Position numbers and translations under genes: made by a program. A stretch of DNA of 50,384 bases, from positions 1-50,384 of IMG/VR virus record IMGVR_UViG_3300030117_004591, one strand, 5' to 3'. Within the stretch, counting starts at the first letter, position 1. Each line of letters starts with the position of its first letter. The notes beneath the pieces are model-generated. The model worked only from the letters and a program-made list of their open reading frames with translations. It was not told the DNA's origin and ran no database searches. Below, piece after piece: positions 10,901 to 18,182 of this stretch. The DNA comes from a virus (Duplodnaviria > Caudoviricetes).

Positions 10901-11220
10901 GCCATATAATTAATCTTTTCGTCTACAGCATATATGCCTGTATTTTGATGCCATTTACTAACTAAATTGCCTGAGTTATCACGATATACCATAATAGCTT
11001 TATCTGCAGATGTATTGTTTGCCGCATCAACACCGTCACTAGGATTGCCCGTTGATATTGTAAACACATTGCCCGTAATTTTACCTCTATCTTCTAAAGT
11101 AAAATTTTTACATGAAACGCATTCATCCTCTCCTTCTCCATTAGAGATAATATCAGAATGACTTGAGTCTAAATTCAATCCTCCACCAAAACCATTTAAT
11201 GTTAAAGATTGTTTAGGCAT
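7903..11220 (-). CDS. Tail tubular/nozzle (stabilization-type) protein with inserted beta-rich domains
   Basis: Likely true start is the ATG at 11220 (GGAG RBS; MPKQSLTLNGFGGGLN). The FxGGLN N-terminus and the C-terminal propeller-like region ending KTGRLSMG..KKFHKV..GKWIQI..INDISVIYR are typical of podoviral nozzle proteins. Confidence 0.7.
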   Translation of the reverse strand: MPKQSLTLNGFGGGLNLDSSHSDIISNGEGEDECVSCKNFTLEDRGKITGNVFTISTGNPSDGVDAANNTSADKAIMVYRDNSGNLVSKWHQNTGIYAVDEKINYMAKSDYISHAPTQGSLNPANMGSQKDGVDISLLNDRSRDTIIFLGGQAANNQEAKGMIGNMNYLDIDQAPNHLAGDESESGISDFINTKFDLGPNGRAGEDVDYFTDTSESECELIRTAAAGANDGVTIKNVSGNYMDFTGTNSDFDFSTVNTIGIWNGSDTTRGVFIAFRVGRMEVNGSSDMRQGLYGTTMPTMENRDIVIELKANGANWNAGFDGIYIGLDCNEQNSEFWYNEEDPHGKIWKITESQITAAGCTSDFARIVIPHETAIHVGNKYSHGDVRQLTVGFATEGTSTVDTTQPKFEIREIAFVPNDITYEWSLNDTKLSQSLIKNEIESLPTRYDGIYQKNTSSAKLVVQRPDETHGPLSGNIYYETLDDAGVSTTDKLLLATWDKTKGVKKVDSDSYTAWSSNVYTDLVQNGTDFASNWTVRSAEDAGASDGDGWTLTGGKYVCDNDEEASIIGALASSMKAGQKYQLQFDIDDADINLTIGGGDASGVSNGSGNVAQETLVPAALYGADTTNVVEFTVGSTDRSHLWIFVDDDATGSGAGKVDNVSLYAMPQVEISFDNPPLGSTYTLESGFPDGTETINTLFKCSAVIGRQVYIGNVAEEINHETLDTSSISLDFQSASTSKMRRGSGNWETQGFTASTGYVVIQDATDATNNVLHTAGAFSDGAGTKDDWAMAVAFAANRTESANQVKITQFGEFDGSKILKSAFGKNAGFSNIEYIDLDFGGGIIQAMESSGDRLFVFSAHQLAIINVAQDIEFLEAQLPNMGVDGHRCVAKVGEGLAWVNDNGVHLFDGEQVKTISDEKMRTAGLANQAIVYWPKDKLIIAWKDTNEAYAYSLITKTWVSHMPTLANVPETNSVPLADGSTVFYEDGGSVKYIGRVSSTSQDMELKTGRLSMGNIAQNKKFHKVIIRGKELDGLRLMYTTDKVSSSTLIGSCTSNTTDTSIGEDVFKLSGVIGKWIQITVEDTSNNGNSNAEINDISVIYRNKALK

Positions 11221-11234
11221 TTTTCTCCAAATTT

Positions 11235-11318
11235 TTGGGAGAGCCTTTACGAGCGAATAAGCCATTAGTACAGTTTGATTTCTCAAACTTAGGAGGATTT
11301 GTACAAGAGCTCTCCCAA
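11235..11318 (-). ncRNA. Structured intergenic RNA element upstream of the nozzle gene
   Basis: 10-bp closing stem TTGGGAGAGC/GCTCTCCCAA, inner GTACA/TGTAC pairing, GTTTGA-GAAA-TCAAAC tetraloop hairpin and an unpaired CCTCCT on the minus strand. Confidence 0.6.
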
Positions 11319-11355
11319 TATCTTTTTAAGGCTATTATATGACTAAATTTACTCA

Positions 11356-11565
11356 CTATATCTTGTCAATAATAGTCGCCTTAACTACGTCTTCAATAGA
11401 GTCATATATAGCATTTAACGCCTTTGCTTCTGTTTTTTCAGAAATAAAAGGTATGTCAATATTGTCATTCAATTTTTTAACGATCTTTTCTTGAAGCTCG
11501 TCATCAAATATTTTAGCTACTAACTCATCTTTATGTTTCTCTAATAGATCTTTTACGAAACTCAT
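11356..11565 (-). CDS. Hypothetical protein (69 aa)
   Basis: ORF with GGAG RBS and ATGA overlap; NDNIDIPFISEKTE motif. Confidence 0.8.
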   Translation of the reverse strand: MSFVKDLLEKHKDELVAKIFDDELQEKIVKKLNDNIDIPFISEKTEAKALNAIYDSIEDVVKATIIDKI

Positions 11566-11948
11566 TGTTTTTCTCCTGTTTTATTGTTATTAAATGTTTT
11601 CTTTTTACCGCCATGATATTCATATGCATGACCTTCATCTTTTAATGAATCATTTAAAGTCTTATCTTCCCCCTCAATAAAAATCTCACCTAAAACTCTA
11701 CCATATTTTCCAACACCATGAGATTTAACAATAAATTCGCCATCATTTTTTGAGAGCATTTCTTTAGTGTATTCTTTAGCAGCCAATCCTTTTTTCTTTT
11801 CTTCTAGGTCTCTAGTTCTTGACTCCCAAGTATCAACACCCATAAATCTAATTCTTTTTTTAACAGACACATCGAAACCTAAATCTATATAGGCATCACA
11901 AGTATCTCCGTCTACAACTCTTTTTAATTTAGCTTTATATTTATACAT
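11562..11948 (-). CDS. Thermonuclease (SNase-like) family protein
   Basis: Motifs RVVDGDT, RIRFMGVDTWE, GKYGRVLG and GHA. Confidence 0.92.
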   Translation of the reverse strand: MYKYKAKLKRVVDGDTCDAYIDLGFDVSVKKRIRFMGVDTWESRTRDLEEKKKGLAAKEYTKEMLSKNDGEFIVKSHGVGKYGRVLGEIFIEGEDKTLNDSLKDEGHAYEYHGGKKKTFNNNKTGEKQ

Positions 11949-12040
11949 TAGTATTTATAAGAAGTTTTCTTAACCTTTTTAACTACTTTCTTTTTAGCTT
12001 TTTTTACTGCCTTTTTTACCACTTTTTTTGCTTTTGCCAC
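11948..12040 (-). CDS. Very Lys-rich 30-aa peptide (MAKAKKVVKKAVKKAKKKVVKKVKKTSYKY)
   Basis: GTG start with AAAGGAG just upstream. Its TAA overlaps the nuclease ATG, and it fills the gap exactly. Confidence 0.7.
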   Translation of the reverse strand: MAKAKKVVKKAVKKAKKKVVKKVKKTSYKY

Positions 12041-12218
12041 AACAATCTCCTTTTAATATCATTTCTATTAATCTACTTTGCTGAAAAACTATAGACTCTA
12101 ATTTATCAATTCTTTCATCAGCATCATTTGGGTCTTCTACATACTTTAATACTTTATCTAATTTAAATTTCTTTGAAACTGTCCTGAGTATCTTCTCTAG
12201 TATTATTGCTTTTATCAT
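11994..12218 (-). CDS. Hypothetical protein (74 aa)
   Basis: ORF co-oriented with the operon; VLKYVEDPNDAD motif followed by a coiled coil. Confidence 0.75.
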   Translation of the reverse strand: MIKAIILEKILRTVSKKFKLDKVLKYVEDPNDADERIDKLESIVFQQSRLIEMILKGDCCGKSKKSGKKGSKKS

Positions 12219-12336
12219 TACCTATCCTATGTTCATGTTTTATTAAGCATTGTTCTGGGCAAGGATTTCTAGATTCATAATTATCTATAAAATACCCTAA
12301 CCAAAAAGCTAGTATAAATATTACAACGTCCCCATG

Positions 12337-12699
12337 TTATTTTTCTTCCCATTTACTTAAGTCAAGCATCTGTAAAGGCCTTTCTATTACATGATCCTTA
12401 AGTTTATCATTTTGTATTTGTATTTTTGTTCCACCTTTAACATAAGGTTTCCCATTAGCCATTCCTATATCATAAGCAAAAAATGTTGTTTTCCACAAGC
12501 CCACTCTAATAACTCTAGCTGGCCTTTCGTCTAATATAACAACATCATCTGTATTTAAATCTTTGCCTAAAAATACTTTTAAGCCCTCTACTACAGTTTC
12601 TATAGTTGATTTAAATAATAATAGAGCAACTCCAGACACAAATAGCCAAACCCAGTTTCCTAAGATACCTTCTGCTTGATTCTGTATTTGTTCGTCCAT
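12337..12699 (-). CDS. Membrane protein resembling the TM + beta-domain of MscS-type mechanosensitive channels
   Basis: Hydrophobic helix WVWLFVSGVALLLF, then DDVVILD..ARVIRVGLWKTTF..KIQIQNDKL, which resembles the MscS middle domain. Confidence 0.55.
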   Translation of the reverse strand: MDEQIQNQAEGILGNWVWLFVSGVALLLFKSTIETVVEGLKVFLGKDLNTDDVVILDERPARVIRVGLWKTTFFAYDIGMANGKPYVKGGTKIQIQNDKLKDHVIERPLQMLDLSKWEEK

Positions 12700-12701
12700 A
12701 G

Positions 12702-13478
12702 TTACCCATTTATTGTTTTACCCCACAATGAGGCTTGCCCATTTATTATTTCAACTACTTCTACTGTAAAATTTCCACCTTTAAACCAATTTATTATAGC
12801 AAAAGCATGATTCCAGTTAGTTAGTCTTCCACCTAGCCAGTCTTCATCTGCTTTAATATCTTTTAAGCAGCCTAAGCTCCAAGAACTTATAGTCCCTCCA
12901 GCTTTAGTAGCAGTATGTCTTTGAAGATCGTGTGTATGTCCATACATTATGCTTTCACCGTAATGTTCTAAGTGTTTTTGAGAATGATACTTTGTAGTAT
13001 ATTTCCCATGAGTAAAGTTTAGTTTGCCTAACTTTAAACACTTCTTTCTATTATAAGGATGGAACTTATAACTTCTTTCTTTTAAGTTTAAGGCATTTTG
13101 AGTTTTATATTGAGTTAGATAAGGATGTCTTATAACAAATTTATCTAACCATACTTCATGATTACCTTGAACAAAATGTCTTTCTTTAGTACCAGCCTTA
13201 TCTAAAGCTTCATCAATCCAATCCATACCTGCATTAACTGATCTTATATCAAAATCCAATAAAGGCATTAAATCCTCCATTGGCTTTGCATTCCTACCTT
13301 TCCAGTAATGAGTGCTAAAATGCTCCCATTCGCCCGTATCTCCCAAATCTACATAAATGTCTGGCTTAACAATTTCTATCGCTTTACAAACAATATTAAT
13401 TGCTTTTTTATCATGCAGAGGAAAGTGCTTGTCGGGTGTAACAATTGCTGTTTTTCCCGCAATACCTTCTTTTGGCAT
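12702..13478 (-). CDS. Calcineurin-like metallophosphoesterase
   Basis: Motifs DKH, GD, GNHE, HG and GHTH in canonical order. Confidence 0.93.
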   Translation of the reverse strand: MPKEGIAGKTAIVTPDKHFPLHDKKAINIVCKAIEIVKPDIYVDLGDTGEWEHFSTHYWKGRNAKPMEDLMPLLDFDIRSVNAGMDWIDEALDKAGTKERHFVQGNHEVWLDKFVIRHPYLTQYKTQNALNLKERSYKFHPYNRKKCLKLGKLNFTHGKYTTKYHSQKHLEHYGESIMYGHTHDLQRHTATKAGGTISSWSLGCLKDIKADEDWLGGRLTNWNHAFAIINWFKGGNFTVEVVEIINGQASLWGKTING

Positions 13479-13487
13479 AAAGCCCTC

Positions 13488-13637
13488 CTATTTTTTTAGC
13501 TCATTCTTTATTTTTATAACTAGATACACTAAAGTCGTCAGCCCTACTATAATACTAATTAGCTCAGGGAACCAATTAAAAAAACCTACAGTAGAGCCTC
13601 CTACCCCAACTAGTGACGTTTTTAACGTATCTTGCAT
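13488..13637 (-). CDS. Small membrane protein, holin-like (49 aa)
   Basis: MQDTLKTSLVGVGGSTVGFFNWFPELISIIVGLTTLVYLVIKIKNELKK: a TM helix with a basic tail; fills the gap between its neighbours. Confidence 0.6.
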   Translation of the reverse strand: MQDTLKTSLVGVGGSTVGFFNWFPELISIIVGLTTLVYLVIKIKNELKK

Positions 13638-13638
13638 A

Positions 13639-14130
13639 CTAGTCTATTCTTTTAAAGTCGACATCTATTTTAGAATAATCAACTTCTAAGTATCCGTCAT
13701 TTCCAGTAGATGATGCATTTGGAACTTCTTGAGCCATAACGCCTCTATATCTACCTTCTCCATAAGATTTATCTTTATAGTCAAATTCATAAATATTAAT
13801 ACCTGAATTAGACTTTCCAACTAAATCTATGTTTTCTTTTAGAACTCTATCTGATTTGCTAGGTTTACCAGGCTTACCAGGCTTAGCAGGCTTAGGTTTT
13901 TTACCGCCCTTTATAGATGCAGGTTTAACATCTGCCGTAACGCCTTTAATTGGCACATATTTAGCAGATCTTGCACCTTTAGCTTTAGCTTTAGACCTAA
14001 CCTTGCCTTTGGTCTTGCCACCTGCGTACCCAGACTTAACCTCAGCCCCTTTTGTCTCAGATGGACCTTCTTGGCCAGATTCTTTTATGAGTCCTGCGAT
14101 ACCTATTATCCTTGAACTACTTGTTGTCAT
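13639..14130 (-). CDS. Lys/Gly/Pro-rich protein with a C-terminal peptidase S74 (intramolecular chaperone) domain
   Basis: SDRVLKENI...IYEFDY...GVMAQEV...GYLEVDYSKI is the S74 signature. Confidence 0.85.
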   Translation of the reverse strand: MTTSSSRIIGIAGLIKESGQEGPSETKGAEVKSGYAGGKTKGKVRSKAKAKGARSAKYVPIKGVTADVKPASIKGGKKPKPAKPGKPGKPSKSDRVLKENIDLVGKSNSGINIYEFDYKDKSYGEGRYRGVMAQEVPNASSTGNDGYLEVDYSKIDVDFKRID

Positions 14131-14148
14131 TTTTACTCCTTTATTTAA

Positions 14149-14496
14149 TTAACCTCTATAGGCTATAATAAAATCACCATCTTTAATACTAATTTTGTCG
14201 AACACGCCATAAATTATATCGCCATTTTCAATTACAACTCTTTGACCTGTATTGTACGATCCAGTTTTGGAAAAATCGTCACCCTCTACTCCAGCTAATG
14301 TTCTTGCCGTAACTTCGGCATCAGCGCCATTAATAGCTTTTATAGCTACCCAGTATCGAGCTTCAACTACTCCTGCGTCTCCAACTGTCTTTTCAACATC
14401 ACTTGAAGCATCTCCTATAATATCAAAACCACCTTGACCTATAGCTATATTAGATATTTCATCTGCTGAATAATTTCTTAGTCCTTTATGTGCCAT
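14149..14496 (-). CDS. Small virion structural protein (paralogue of 14515-14904)
   Basis: Shares GDDF.K.G.Y and D.IYG.FDKI motifs with its neighbour. Confidence 0.7.
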   Translation of the reverse strand: MAHKGLRNYSADEISNIAIGQGGFDIIGDASSDVEKTVGDAGVVEARYWVAIKAINGADAEVTARTLAGVEGDDFSKTGSYNTGQRVVIENGDIIYGVFDKISIKDGDFIIAYRG

Positions 14497-14514
14497 TTTT
14501 TTATCCTCGTTAAA

Positions 14515-14904
14515 TTAATCTATTGGTGCTAAATTAAGCCTTATCTGAGCATCTTGCCTTGGAGAACCTACTTCGTCCTTATATAAAAGAATCTTGTCAA
14601 ATCTTCCGTAAATTAAATCAGAAGAAGCCATTCCTAAACAATTATCGCTGTTAGAGGGACTATTGTCATAAACCCCGTCTTTAGCAAAATCATCACCATT
14701 ATCATTATACCCTCTTGCCATAACTTTTCCAGCGCCATTTATACTTGCAAAAGAAGCAAATACAAATCCTTCTGGAGCAGAAATTCTTGTAAAATTACTT
14801 ACATTTGCTGCTGTGTGAACTTTAATAATAAAACCTGATTGATTAACAGATATATGAGAAATTTCCCCTATTCTATATCTTCTTACGCTATCATTTATAC
14901 CCAT
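14515..14904 (-). CDS. Small virion structural protein (paralogue of 14149-14496)
   Basis: Motifs GDDFAKDGVY and DLIYGRFDKI. Confidence 0.7.
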   Translation of the reverse strand: MGINDSVRRYRIGEISHISVNQSGFIIKVHTAANVSNFTRISAPEGFVFASFASINGAGKVMARGYNDNGDDFAKDGVYDNSPSNSDNCLGMASSDLIYGRFDKILLYKDEVGSPRQDAQIRLNLAPID

Positions 14905-14908
14905 AATA

Positions 14909-16018
14909 TTATTTCATACTCCAAAATCCTGAAGCCATATAAACACCGTGTTTTCTAGCTGCCGCATTTCTACCTATAGCTTTTCTAAATAAACTCATAA
15001 AATACTCCCTACCTTCCATATCTTTTATTTCTTCTGCTTGCATAGCTTTTAAATAATAGACAATAGATTTTGCTTGACCTCTAGTTATATCTAGTTCAAA
15101 ATCTTCGTCAAGCATTATTTCGACATTTGCACTAACATAACAATCATAAGCAGGATATACTTGCAAAGCAGTAATGTCGGTTTGGTCTGTTTCGCTTACT
15201 AAATTGGTACCTGTAGTTGTCTGCACCTCTTTAGCATTACTAGACCCTACATACGTTTTTTGTGTAACTACAAGATTGCTAGATAAAGGTAAAACTGTAT
15301 GATTTGCTTCATCTATTTTCCAAACACCGTTGTTATTATTTTCTCCTGACCCTGTTATATATATGTAGTCACCTGCTGAATAATTTGAACCTAAATAGTC
15401 ATCTGGAGGCGATGCAGTGGCATCATATATTGTGTCAGTATCAGCATGAAAATCTAAAGCCTGATTAACTCTATAATTAGACTGTCCTTTAACTTTAGTA
15501 TATGTTAACAGAATTCCATCAGCTGAAAGAGCTTTAACCTTATGTATTCCATCCCACTTACCAGCTCCTTCGACTAAAATATAATCATCATCTTGAGATA
15601 ATGCATTAGTTATAGAATTGTATGGAGCGGCTGTTAAATCTACAACTGTGCCACCACTAGTGTTAGGAGGCCTTACAAATGCTAATTGCCCATCTACATT
15701 GGCCCAAAAAGGAAATAAAAACCTATCTACTGCTAATATTTTTTGACCATTTACTCTATAAGTAGGTATATAAGAGTATTCTATTTCTAGGCCATTAGTA
15801 ACACTTTCTACTGGGCTAGTATACTCTCCATAACTATCTAAATTTCCTGAACTTCCAGGTATCCATTGACCTCCTGCTGCTTCACAAGTAGCTTTAGTTG
15901 AATAACTACTTAATGTGCAATGAGCTACAGCCATTTTACCACTACTAGTAGTAGCTGCTTGCTCTACTATAGCTATTTGATTGCCTTTGTTATAATAAGC
16001 GTATTTTTTAGATGCCAT
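14909..16018 (-). CDS. Probable neck/tail protein
   Basis: 369 aa in the structural operon; beta-rich middle and adaptor-like C-terminal helices (SIVYYLKAMQAE). Confidence 0.55.
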   Translation of the reverse strand: MASKKYAYYNKGNQIAIVEQAATTSSGKMAVAHCTLSSYSTKATCEAAGGQWIPGSSGNLDSYGEYTSPVESVTNGLEIEYSYIPTYRVNGQKILAVDRFLFPFWANVDGQLAFVRPPNTSGGTVVDLTAAPYNSITNALSQDDDYILVEGAGKWDGIHKVKALSADGILLTYTKVKGQSNYRVNQALDFHADTDTIYDATASPPDDYLGSNYSAGDYIYITGSGENNNNGVWKIDEANHTVLPLSSNLVVTQKTYVGSSNAKEVQTTTGTNLVSETDQTDITALQVYPAYDCYVSANVEIMLDEDFELDITRGQAKSIVYYLKAMQAEEIKDMEGREYFMSLFRKAIGRNAAARKHGVYMASGFWSMK

Positions 16019-16289
16019 CTGTATCCTCTGTTTGAGGTTCGTAAATAGTTCTAGGAATACTTTCGTATTTGTTGCTAGTATTTTTATGATGCTTGCATCT
16101 TATATCTAATAATCTTACCATATCTTTTGGTAGATCGTAAAATCTTTTACCGTTCTCTATATCAATTTGAACTCTTTTTATATGTGTTGGGGATTCTAAA
16201 GCTATTTCTTCAAGAGCGTCTTTTATCCACATAATACCTTTACCAGTACCTGTAATCCCTGCTCTTTCCATTAATTCTAAAACTTTCAT
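16008..16289 (-). CDS. Adaptor-like small structural protein
   Basis: WIKDALEEI...FYDLPKDMVRLLDI resembles the N-terminal half of head-tail adaptors. Confidence 0.55.
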   Translation of the reverse strand: MKVLELMERAGITGTGKGIMWIKDALEEIALESPTHIKRVQIDIENGKRFYDLPKDMVRLLDIRCKHHKNTSNKYESIPRTIYEPQTEDTDGI

Positions 16290-16975
16290 TAGTTATCTCC
16301 AGTTTGAGCTTGCTGCTCTGGTTGAAGCTCTTGCATATATTGTGAAGAGCATAATCCTAAATTTGTTGATAATGATTCTACTAACTCTGGGTCTTCTTCT
16401 ACAAATGTCATCTCTGAAAGTTTTGCTTGTAAAACTCTAATAGCAGCATAAAGAACTACTAAATACACTTTATCGTCAGCAAAGTATTTTATATCACTAT
16501 GTGAATATAGTAAAGCAGCTCCACCTTTATCTTGAGGGACATTATTTACATAATAAACTTTAAAACTATTTGATCCGCCAGCAGTAGGTGAAGGAAATAC
16601 ATTTATAATTCCATTTTCCATTATTGTATATACTGGATTAAGCTTAGATGCGTAAAAAATACTATCAACATCTTCTACTCTATTTTGATGAGAAGGAGGA
16701 ATAAATTTACACTCCCTCCAATCATTGTTTGCCCCACCTTCTCTCAATACAGTTGCTATTTTCGCACCATTTATATCGAGAGAATCGTTTCCAGTTTGCT
16801 CAGTAGATTCTACTAAAAACTTAGTAACATGACTAGGGTTTTTTGATATTAGCTTACTAGTAACATCAATTACTCCGTCTTTTAAAAATTGAGTTAATTC
16901 GTCTTGAGTAGGCACGGTGCTTCCAGTTAAAGTTAAGCCCGTATATCCTTTTACCTGTGCTTCAAATGTCGCCAT
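16289..16975 (-). CDS. Probable head-tail adaptor / tail tubular A-like protein
   Basis: Pattern ELTQFLKDGV...INVFPSP...YYV...LVVLYAA, and position downstream of the capsid genes. Confidence 0.6.
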   Translation of the reverse strand: MATFEAQVKGYTGLTLTGSTVPTQDELTQFLKDGVIDVTSKLISKNPSHVTKFLVESTEQTGNDSLDINGAKIATVLREGGANNDWRECKFIPPSHQNRVEDVDSIFYASKLNPVYTIMENGIINVFPSPTAGGSNSFKVYYVNNVPQDKGGAALLYSHSDIKYFADDKVYLVVLYAAIRVLQAKLSEMTFVEEDPELVESLSTNLGLCSSQYMQELQPEQQAQTGDN

Positions 16976-17148
16976 TATTTTCCTGCAATATATTTATTAG
17001 ATACAACTCTAAAATTTAAACTGCTTGACATTTTTTTGTTTTTCATGCCGTAGGATTTTCTCATAGATCCTGTATTTAATTTTTGACCGTCTTTCCCATT
17101 TCTTCCAGATACATCAGAAGCTTTATTTATTGTTAAAGTATTTGCCAT
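16975..17148 (-). CDS. Small basic hypothetical protein (57 aa)
   Basis: ATG at 17148 with TAAGGAG RBS; its stop overlaps the next ATG (TAATG). Confidence 0.75.
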   Translation of the reverse strand: MANTLTINKASDVSGRNGKDGQKLNTGSMRKSYGMKNKKMSSSLNFRVVSNKYIAGK

Positions 17149-17164
17149 ATTATCTCCTTAATTA

Positions 17165-17207
17165 CCCACCCCCCTAGAGAAGAACCCATCTTCAGTAGGA
17201 GGGTAGG
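17165..17207 (-). terminator. GC-rich hairpin after the capsid/decoration genes (terminator or mRNA-stabilising stem)
   Basis: 12-bp stem CCTACCCTCCTA/TAGGGGGGTGGG with G-U pairs on the minus strand, plus inner GAAGA/TCTTC. The U-tract is weak. Confidence 0.55.
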
Positions 17208-17218
17208 ATTTATTTTAT

Positions 17219-17644
17219 TTAACTGATCGTAATTCCAGCTGCGACTTTTCCAAGTCCACCAACTATATACCATGCAGAGCCGTCACAAACAAGTTTAACC
17301 CAGTCGCCAGCAACTGCGTTGCCATCAACAAAGTTAACTTGTGTATCAGTTCCGTCAGAAGTATCAGCTGTATCATCGGTTGCACCAGCAGATACGCTAC
17401 CTAAAACGTAATCTGATGAAGAGGCCGAAGATACAGCATAGTCAGCACCACTAGGAGCAGTTTTTACTACAAATGTAGCATTCCACCCAGCATTTCCTGA
17501 AGCGGCAGGCAAAGTAGTCGTAAAGCCACCAGCTAGATCTAAGAAAAAGATCTTGCCACTATCGCCTACGCCTAATGTACTTGCAGCAGTTAAGGATTCG
17601 CAGTAACTGCCATCCCAACCAGCATTTGCACCTAACTTAGCCAT
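17219..17644 (-). CDS. Probable capsid decoration/fibre protein
   Basis: Motifs DSGKIFFL..TTLPAA..GW..TFVV..GDWVKLVCDGSAWY; located next to the capsid gene. Confidence 0.6.
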   Translation of the reverse strand: MAKLGANAGWDGSYCESLTAASTLGVGDSGKIFFLDLAGGFTTTLPAASGNAGWNATFVVKTAPSGADYAVSSASSSDYVLGSVSAGATDDTADTSDGTDTQVNFVDGNAVAGDWVKLVCDGSAWYIVGGLGKVAAGITIS

Positions 17645-17654
17645 TATCTACCTC

Positions 17655-18170
17655 CTAAACCAGTTCAACGCTAAAAGCGTCTATTCTGAACTCGTTATCA
17701 GCATGTGCAACACTCCAGTCTACATTTAAAGCTACAGGAATACCTGCAGTTGTATCTTTACTTGTAAGAGATGTAGTACCTATTACTACAGTAGCTCCAA
17801 GAGCATCTGTTCGCAATTCAGATATAGCTGTCATAGTTCCAGAAGAACCTATAGAAGTTACATGAACATCTGCCCATGCATACACTACATCGTTATCATC
17901 TACATTAAGAGCTGCTCCAGTAGCAATAGCTGTTCCGCCAAAGTTAAGAACAGGAGTTAAAGTATCTGTGCTATTATTATCAATAACAGTTCCAAATACT
18001 TTTATTCTAACTATGTCCCCTACTTCTAACTTATTAGCTGGAATAACCATAGAGCATATATCTGCAGCATCTGTAGTATTTTCATGCTCTCTACCAGTTC
18101 CTGCTTCAGAATATAGCCTTTCTCCAACTCTACTGTCGAAGGAGTTTTGTCCGTATAAAGGATTTTTCAT
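17655..18170 (-). CDS. Probable minor capsid/decoration protein
   Basis: Beta-rich 171-aa ORF directly downstream of the major capsid gene; NPLYGQN N-terminus. Confidence 0.55.
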   Translation of the reverse strand: MKNPLYGQNSFDSRVGERLYSEAGTGREHENTTDAADICSMVIPANKLEVGDIVRIKVFGTVIDNNSTDTLTPVLNFGGTAIATGAALNVDDNDVVYAWADVHVTSIGSSGTMTAISELRTDALGATVVIGTTSLTSKDTTAGIPVALNVDWSVAHADNEFRIDAFSVELV

Positions 18171-18182
18171 AAAATTAACTCC

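Noticed and set aside
11221-11286. N-terminal extension of the nozzle ORF from 11286
   Set aside because: It lies within a structured element. The ATG at 11220 has a GGAG RBS and a typical N-terminus.
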